Part shown: positions 58,452-64,000 of the stretch, in pieces
Layout of the letters: each line of letters opens with the position of its first letter
How positions within the stretch are numbered: position 1 is the stretch's first letter
Made by a program: the position numbers and the translations under genes
The notes under the pieces: generated by a model
Told to the model about the DNA's origin: nothing
Databases searched by the model: none
What the model saw: the letters and a program-made list of their open reading frames with translations, nothing else
From: Acidimicrobiales bacterium
Lineage (GTDB): Bacteria > Actinomycetota > Acidimicrobiia > Acidimicrobiales > SZUA-35
DNA: 64,000 nucleotides
Reading direction: 5' to 3'
Assembly (NCBI GenBank): GCA_041394285.1
Contig: JAWKIL010000009.1
Span: 108,458-172,457 of the forward strand

Positions 58452-59478
58452 ACGAACCAGCTGGCTCGCTCCCCGCTCGATCGAGGCCGTCGCCGTTCTC
58501 CGCTCCTTCGGCATCGCCCTGGTGGTCGCGAACCACTGCCACCTGAGCCCGCGGGCGATAGGCCCGGGGGGGCTGAACGTGCTGCTGTTCGCCTCGGGCG
58601 CGACATCGGCCCGCGTCGCATTCGCCGGCGACTCGCGCCGGTCCGCAGCGCAGTTCCTCCGGTTCGCCGCGCTGGTGGCGGTGCCCAGCATCCTGCTGGC
58701 GGCGGCCACCGGCATCGCCCTGAGGCAGTTCGACCCCTGGGAGCTGCTGCTCGTGAGCAATTGGCTCCAGGCGTCCCGGGTCGCGCTGTTCCCGATCTGG
58801 TACACGCAGGTGATGGTGCAGATCATGATTGGGTTGGCGGTGCTGTTCCCCCTGCTCCACCTGACCGAGCGGATCCGGGCGCGGCCCACCGCCACCATCG
58901 GTGCTCTCTTCGCCGTCGCGCTGGCCGCCGCCGCCGTGTCCAAGCTCATGTGGGACACCACCGAGCTCGCCGACAAGCTCCCCCACCTCGTGCTGTGGAA
59001 CCTGTTGGCCGGCTGGCTGTACTGGGCCGTGATGGTGCGTCGGGAGGCCGCCCCGACTGAGCGCGCCGCCCTGTTGGCGGTCCTGGCCGGCACCGCCGGC
59101 CTCATGTACCTGGTCCTCCCCGCCGTCTACGGCACGGCCCGCTTCACCTGGCTGGCGGCGGCGCTCGTGCTGACCGTCGCCGTTCCCGAGCTTCGACTCC
59201 CGCGGCTGGCCCGCCATGTGCTCCTCTTGATCAACAACGGCACCTTCTTCGTGTTCCTGTTCCACTACTACGTGTTCTCGGCCATCACGAACATCGAGGC
59301 GCGCCTCGGTATCGGCCAGCACTACCCGGGCGCCACCGCGCTGCGGTTCGCCGCCGGCCTGGTCGTGCCGATCGCCGGCTGGGTCGTGATCACGGCCACC
59401 CGACGGGCGTGGCAGACCACCGGCGTCCGGGAGACGATGCTGGCTCGGCGGCGCGTGGTGCCCGCTGCGGCCGGCTAG
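58438..59478 (+). CDS. Acyltransferase_3 (AT3)-like integral membrane protein
   Basis: 346 aa with about 10 hydrophobic helices. The first helix carries LRSFGIALVVANH (the AT3-type conserved Arg/His context). The start overlaps the upstream stop by 14 nt. Confidence 0.6.
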   Translation: MPPCERTSWLAPRSIEAVAVLRSFGIALVVANHCHLSPRAIGPGGLNVLLFASGATSARVAFAGDSRRSAAQFLRFAALVAVPSILLAAATGIALRQFDPWELLLVSNWLQASRVALFPIWYTQVMVQIMIGLAVLFPLLHLTERIRARPTATIGALFAVALAAAAVSKLMWDTTELADKLPHLVLWNLLAGWLYWAVMVRREAAPTERAALLAVLAGTAGLMYLVLPAVYGTARFTWLAAALVLTVAVPELRLPRLARHVLLLINNGTFFVFLFHYYVFSAITNIEARLGIGQHYPGATALRFAAGLVVPIAGWVVITATRRAWQTTGVRETMLARRRVVPAAAG

Positions 59479-60917
59479 GACGGGGCGGGCAGGTTCAGGA
59501 ACAGGCGAGAGCTGAGCGCCGGCTCCCACTCGACGAGGAAGACGTCCTGTCGACCGTCCCGATTGGCATCCAGAGCAACGGCATCGATCCAGTACTGGCG
59601 TCCGGTGGCCGGGGCCGACGGCTCGTAGCGCAGGGATCCGTTGTCCCCCTCGCGGCGGTAGAGAACCAGAGGGACAGGTGCCGATGCGGTCTCGGTGCCT
59701 CCCGCTGCAGCCGCGGTGGTGACGATGTCGTCCCATCCGTCGCCGTCGAGATCGAGCAGCACCAGCTGCGGTGACTTGGTCGACAGACCGGGTAGACCGA
59801 CGCTCGCCGTCACGTCGTCGAATCGGGGTTCGGTGGCCCCGTCGCCCCGGTTCAGGAACAGGCGGATCGGCTCTGGGCGGCCGCCGTCGATCGTGCTGTT
59901 GAAGTGCTGGCCGAGGAGGATGTCGAGCTTTCCGTCGGCGTCGGCATCCACCAGGACGACGTTGGCCGGGTCGTCCTCCTCGCCGGCCAGGGCCCAGGGC
60001 AGCGGGGACGTCGAGGCTTCCCGGAACCCGGACCCGTCGCCCAGGAACCACCGGTTCCCCCCGCCCACCACGAGATCGTCGACCCCGTCGCCGCCGAGAT
60101 CGCCCACCGCCGCCCCCAGGCCGGACACGTCGGGAGGGAAGCCGACCTCCCGACTGACCTCGCGGAACCGGAGCCCGCCCTCGTTACGGAACAGGCCGGT
60201 GGCGGCGCCGGACCAGCGGTCCTCAGTCAGCACCAGGTCACGTCGACCGTCGCCGTCGAAATCGACAGGCCGGACGGTCCGGCCGCCCCGCTCGCCGTCG
60301 AGGACCGTCGCCGGCACCAGCCGGCCGCCATCGTTCCGGTAGATCTCGGTTGGCGCATCCTGTCGCTCACCATGACGGACGTTGCGCGACGCCACCAGGT
60401 CGGGATCGCCGTCACCGTCGAGGTCATCGAACAGGGCGGCGGCCGTGCGCCCCAGGCGCCCTTCGAAGGTCGGGTCGACGGTGAAGCCGGCGGAGGAGCC
60501 CAGCAGGAGCCGGTCGGGGGCGGGGCCGTCGGCGCCGCGCTCCCGGTATGTGTCGACCGGGCGATCGGCGAAGGTCCCGACGAACAGGTCGGTCCAGCCG
60601 TCGCCGTCGACGTCGGCCGCCGCCACCGCATGACCCCGGATGCCGCGCAGCGCAACGTCGATTCCCAGGTCCGCCGTGGCATCGACCAGCATCCCGGGCG
60701 CCGACGCGAGGGCATCGGGGTCGCCGCTGGCACCGGGCAGTGCCGAGCCCCCACCCCCCGCTGCAGCCGACGACGCGGGCCGCGAACCTCCAAGGGCCGA
60801 CACGGCGGGGGGAACCTCCCCCGACTGCACGCAGCCGGCGACTGCAGCGGCGGCTACCACGAACGACACGATCAGGCGCCGCCCCAGCCCCGCCGGATTC
60901 GCCCTCGCCCGGATCAT
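59475..60917 (-). CDS. FG-GAP/VCBS-repeat lipoprotein (CRTAC1/ASPIC-like)
   Basis: The lipobox is AAVAGC. There are seven Ca-binding-like repeats of the form DxDxDGxxD: DVDGDGWTDLFV, DLDGDGDPDLV, DFDGDGRRDLV, DLGGDGVDDLV, DADADGKLDIL, DLDGDGWDDIV, DANRDGRQDVF. Confidence 0.75.
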   Translation of the reverse strand: MIRARANPAGLGRRLIVSFVVAAAAVAGCVQSGEVPPAVSALGGSRPASSAAAGGGGSALPGASGDPDALASAPGMLVDATADLGIDVALRGIRGHAVAAADVDGDGWTDLFVGTFADRPVDTYRERGADGPAPDRLLLGSSAGFTVDPTFEGRLGRTAAALFDDLDGDGDPDLVASRNVRHGERQDAPTEIYRNDGGRLVPATVLDGERGGRTVRPVDFDGDGRRDLVLTEDRWSGAATGLFRNEGGLRFREVSREVGFPPDVSGLGAAVGDLGGDGVDDLVVGGGNRWFLGDGSGFREASTSPLPWALAGEEDDPANVVLVDADADGKLDILLGQHFNSTIDGGRPEPIRLFLNRGDGATEPRFDDVTASVGLPGLSTKSPQLVLLDLDGDGWDDIVTTAAAAGGTETASAPVPLVLYRREGDNGSLRYEPSAPATGRQYWIDAVALDANRDGRQDVFLVEWEPALSSRLFLNLPAPS

Positions 60918-62281
60918 GGCAGCTCGACCACGACGAACACGACTTCGCCCCACGCCTCGCCGCCTGCCAACCCGGCGTTGAAACCGATCTGCGCCTCGCC
61001 CCGTACCGGGTCGACGGTGACGCTGTACGTGCCGCCCAGCCGCAGGCCGAGCTTCCGGCTCACCAGGTCGGCCAGCTCGACCAGAGTCGTCTGCTGGCCG
61101 GTATCGGTATCGACGGCGATCAATGGGGCGCCGAGAGAGCCGCCGTCGCCATGGGCCCCGGGCACGTGGAGGAAGGCCGATCCGTCGGGCAGGAGCGCCA
61201 GCGACGTGGTGTAGCTGAGGGGCGCGCTCAGGTCACGTACCTCACCGCCAGGGCCGAAGGAAAAAAATCGATACGGCTGCTCGGTCACGCCGTAGACCAC
61301 TCCGTCGTCGTCCGGCGCCGTCGAGGCACGCAGGCCGGCCGCAAGCACGGCGTCGGCCGGTGACAACCGCTCCGTCGCCGGGTCGTAGCGCAGCAGGGTG
61401 CCCCCATCCCCGGCGAACCACGCCGACCCGTCGGTCCCCACCATGATGTTGCGGAACACGTCTCGGGCTGGATCGTCGGGGAAGGTGGTGACGGATCCGG
61501 TGCGCACGTCGAAGACCATCGATCCACCGGCGGGGAACTGATCCTCGGGAACCAGTGGGTCGACCGGCTCGCCGAAGATCAGGCCGCGGCCGTCGGTGGC
61601 GAGCGACGGCGTGCCGTGCCTGGGAACAGGCACGCTCACCGGCTGCAGGGCGAGTGTGGCCTGGTCGATGCGGAACAGCACGTCTCCCTGGTAGCTCCCG
61701 CTGTATGTGAGCCCCCGGCGGCTGCCCCAGTAGGTGCTGAAGTAGACCCCGCCGTCGCCGGGGTCGACCATCTGGCTGTGGATCTTGCCGAAGCCCCACT
61801 CACCGCTACGGTGCGACACTGCGCTGGCCACGTCGGCGAAGCGGGTGAGCGTGCGTTCGTCCGGGTCGTAGACGAAGAGGTACGAGTTCCCGTCGACTCC
61901 CAGGTGGTCTCCGATGCCGGCCACTACCCGGCCATCGGCCAGCACGATGGCCTGGCCCCACTGCGACCAGGGGTTGCCCTCGTAGTCGGGCCGGGGGTAC
62001 ACGGCGGCACCGATGTAGGGCGACTCCTGGAGCGTCGTCAGCTCCGCCTTTGGACCATCGAGGTCCGGCGGCACCGCCGGGCCCAGCACCGGGCCCCCGG
62101 GTGCGACGGTCGTCGTCCCGCTGGTCGCCGCGGGCTCATCCTCCGCCGGTGCGTTCCCGGATCGCTGCTCGCCGGTCGAGCTTCCCCCGCACGCCGCGGC
62201 GATCGTGCAGACCGCCGCCATGACCGCCCATTGCGTACTTCGAAGCCAGTGCTGCCCGTGCCCCATCCCGTCCCTCTCCAT
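60914..62281 (-). CDS. Lipoprotein of unknown function (beta-propeller-like repeats)
   Basis: The lipobox is TIAAAC. Repeated strand-turn segments recur (GRVVAGIGD, GGVYFSTYWG, TDGSAWFAGDGGTLLRYD, DGVVYGV). The stop overlaps the downstream start (ATGA). No family was recognised. Confidence 0.5.
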   Translation of the reverse strand: MERDGMGHGQHWLRSTQWAVMAAVCTIAAACGGSSTGEQRSGNAPAEDEPAATSGTTTVAPGGPVLGPAVPPDLDGPKAELTTLQESPYIGAAVYPRPDYEGNPWSQWGQAIVLADGRVVAGIGDHLGVDGNSYLFVYDPDERTLTRFADVASAVSHRSGEWGFGKIHSQMVDPGDGGVYFSTYWGSRRGLTYSGSYQGDVLFRIDQATLALQPVSVPVPRHGTPSLATDGRGLIFGEPVDPLVPEDQFPAGGSMVFDVRTGSVTTFPDDPARDVFRNIMVGTDGSAWFAGDGGTLLRYDPATERLSPADAVLAAGLRASTAPDDDGVVYGVTEQPYRFFSFGPGGEVRDLSAPLSYTTSLALLPDGSAFLHVPGAHGDGGSLGAPLIAVDTDTGQQTTLVELADLVSRKLGLRLGGTYSVTVDPVRGEAQIGFNAGLAGGEAWGEVVFVVVELP

Positions 62282-62346
62282 CGTCAGCGACCGCCCAGGC
62301 CGTCCTCGGCCCCGGGGGAGGGTGATCGAACGTTACCATCGGTCTC

Positions 62347-62832
62347 ATGCTCAGGGGGGGTCCGTTATCGGGCCAGAGACGGACGGCGATCAGGGTGGGA
62401 TGGCAACGGCGGGGGGATCTGGTGCAGGCCATCGGCCTCCTGCCCGTAGTGTCACTCCACCTCCGCCGGCACGGCTACCGGGCCACCTCGGCCTGGCTCG
62501 ATGAGCGCTGCGGCCCCGGCAGGCGCCCTGCCGATCCGGAGCCGGTCGACGTCTCCCGGGCCCGGGAGCTGGGCATGGTCGTCCGCCTCGCCGGACGGGC
62601 CATTCCCGACGCCACCTGTCTGCGCCGGGCGCTCGTGCTTCGCCATCTCCTGGGCGGACCCGGTAGTGGCGCCTCCGTCCGGCTGGGGGCGAAAGCCGAC
62701 CCCGCAACCGGTGCCCTTGCGTTCCACGCCTGGGTGACGCTGAACGGCGCGGTGGTGAGTGAGCCGGCCAGCGCGGTGAACGGGTTCGTGGAGCTGGGGG
62801 AGGGTCAGTCTTCGCCGGGAGCCCCCCGCTGA
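62347..62832 (+). CDS. Lasso-peptide B2-like transglutaminase-fold cysteine protease (PF13471-like)
   Basis: The catalytic Cys is in DATCLRRALVLRHLL and the His is in AFHAWVTLNGAVV. The protein is about 135-160 aa depending on the start (ATG 62347, GTG 62395 or GTG 62425). Confidence 0.7.
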   Translation: MLRGGPLSGQRRTAIRVGWQRRGDLVQAIGLLPVVSLHLRRHGYRATSAWLDERCGPGRRPADPEPVDVSRARELGMVVRLAGRAIPDATCLRRALVLRHLLGGPGSGASVRLGAKADPATGALAFHAWVTLNGAVVSEPASAVNGFVELGEGQSSPGAPR

Positions 62833-63920
62833 GCCTCCCGTGCCGCCCCGACCAGGCGATCGATGCTCACCCGCCGTAGGTACCCATGGCCGCTGGCCGC
62901 GCCGTCAGCGTGCACGGCGAACAACCCCCGAGGAGGCAGCAGGCTCCGCCGGAACTCGGCCACGGCGTCGCCGGACCGCCCCCGTGATGTGACGGGAATC
63001 ATGAGCTGACGCTTCCGGCCACGGCTGCGGGCGTCGTCACCCCCGAGGCGGCGCTCCGCCGGCCATACGCCTTCCCACAGCCTCCGCTGCCAGCCCCCCG
63101 GATCGGGCAGGGCCCGGGGTGGGCGCAGCCCGAGGCGGTCCACCACCTCGGTCAGGCTGGCCCACACCGGCACATCCAACCCCTCGGCCTCGACGAATCC
63201 GACCAACCGGGCCCAGTCGAGGTCGGCATCGTCCATAATCAGGGCGACCTCGGCGTAGGCCCCCAGATAGGCGAACCGGTCCTTGTTGAGGTGGGTGAGC
63301 GCGCTCACCAGGGCGATCTCGGGGGCGAGGACCCGGACCTCCGTCGAGTCGGGCGCCGCGACGGTACGGGTCGTGCTCCACCACAGCTCGGGCTGGCGGG
63401 TCCACATGCCCAGCTTGAGGGGATCGAGATGCAGGTCCACCGACGCGTCGGACAGGGTGAAGTGGACGTGCTGAAGTCGGCGCTGGCGGACGAGGGCGGT
63501 GGCCTCCTCGATGAACGGCAGGTGCGGCGCCAGCACGGCGAGGGCCTCGTCGACCCGGTCCACGCAGTGCGGGGCCAGGACGATGTCAACATCGCTACAG
63601 GGTCGCTCACCTGTCCGGGCGTACCACCGGCGCTCGTTGGTCACACCCTTGATCGCCAGCGCCTCGATCCCGATCTCGGCCAGCCTCTGCAGCGTCAAGG
63701 TCAGCACGCCCCAGAGCTCGGTGTGACGGGCGGCGGTGGCAAGGTCGGCCGCCACGAGCGACGTCACATCCTCATCGGGCAGGTCGATCCTGCCGGCCTG
63801 GTACGCCGTCAGGAGAAGGCCCGTCATCCGATGCTCGACCGCCGAAGCCACGAGGCTCACCCGGGCCTCGGCCGGCCGCCCGGCGGCGATGTCGATCAGT
63901 GGAGGGAGCGGCCGAGGCAT
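62805..63920 (-). CDS. Uncharacterised nucleotidyltransferase family protein (PF14907-like)
   Basis: 371 aa. ALAIKGVTNERRWYARTGERPCSDVDIVL is present. The 3' end overlaps the convergent B2 gene by 28 nt. Confidence 0.65.
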   Translation of the reverse strand: MPRPLPPLIDIAAGRPAEARVSLVASAVEHRMTGLLLTAYQAGRIDLPDEDVTSLVAADLATAARHTELWGVLTLTLQRLAEIGIEALAIKGVTNERRWYARTGERPCSDVDIVLAPHCVDRVDEALAVLAPHLPFIEEATALVRQRRLQHVHFTLSDASVDLHLDPLKLGMWTRQPELWWSTTRTVAAPDSTEVRVLAPEIALVSALTHLNKDRFAYLGAYAEVALIMDDADLDWARLVGFVEAEGLDVPVWASLTEVVDRLGLRPPRALPDPGGWQRRLWEGVWPAERRLGGDDARSRGRKRQLMIPVTSRGRSGDAVAEFRRSLLPPRGLFAVHADGAASGHGYLRRVSIDRLVGAAREAQRGAPGED

Positions 63921-63941
63921 GACAGGCTGGGACCGGGACCG

Positions 63942-64000
63942 CTACGACTCGAGGTAGCCGGCGGCCTGGATACGGAACATCTCAGCGTACTGGCCGTTGC
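63942..64000 (-). CDS. 3' end of an ABC transporter (ATPase/permease) gene continuing beyond the window
   Basis: The minus strand reads ...NGQYAEMFRIQAAGYLES*, a typical C-terminus of exporter-type ABC proteins. Only 19 codons are visible. Confidence 0.45.
   Translation of the reverse strand, partial: NGQYAEMFRIQAAGYLES

Noticed and set aside
62282-62346. Search for a lasso or RiPP precursor ORF next to the B2 gene (also in the 63921-63941 spacer).
   Set aside because: The spacers are 65 nt and 21 nt, too short for a precursor. No small ORF with an RBS was found.

Overview
The window is 64 kb, about 70% GC and gene-dense. It looks like a chromosomal segment from a high-GC Actinomycetota genome (lineage is inference). 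Supporting markers are two WhiB-family regulators, whiB1-pdtaS synteny, a mycoredoxin, HelD, an AddAB/AdnAB-type helicase-nuclease pair, and paired ArsA-like ATPases with DUF3107 and Mrp. I call about 50 protein-coding genes, mostly housekeeping or metabolic: ETF alpha/beta, ferrochelatase, ApbE, CoA-transferase, ABC1 kinase, M20 and M50 peptidases, GGDEF-EAL, AI-2E transporter, GH5 and others. I saw no rRNA, tRNA, CRISPR array, transposase, integrase or phage genes. The many very long ORFs in the track (for example 408-3704+ and 39441-44024+) are antisense shadows of real genes, as expected at this GC content. Four things deserve a second look. (1) The right-hand 7 kb (56.7-64 kb) holds an adenylation-carrier fusion translationally coupled to an AT3 membrane acyltransferase. 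Next to it are two lipoproteins (FG-GAP and beta-propeller), an orphan lasso-type B2 (transglutaminase-like) protein, a PF14907-like nucleotidyltransferase and an ABC exporter. This is the best candidate for an undescribed envelope or peptide-modification system, but it runs off the window. (2) A second type-II topoisomerase locus has an intact A subunit. Its B subunit is broken by at least ten frame changes confined to 13.6-14.7 kb. Two further frameshifted loci exist (the AddA/AdnB-like gene and a lipoprotein gene). These are either pseudogenes or local assembly errors. (3) There are several families of palindromic or repeated elements. Some are perfect palindromes that embed the stop codons of convergent genes. 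One roughly 50-nt palindrome sits in-frame inside helD and again in an intergenic spacer. Paired roughly 90-bp elements bracket an alcohol dehydrogenase gene. (4) A lower-GC, mostly non-coding stretch of about 0.9 kb lies upstream of the topoisomerase gene. All family assignments come from motifs read by eye; no database search was run.
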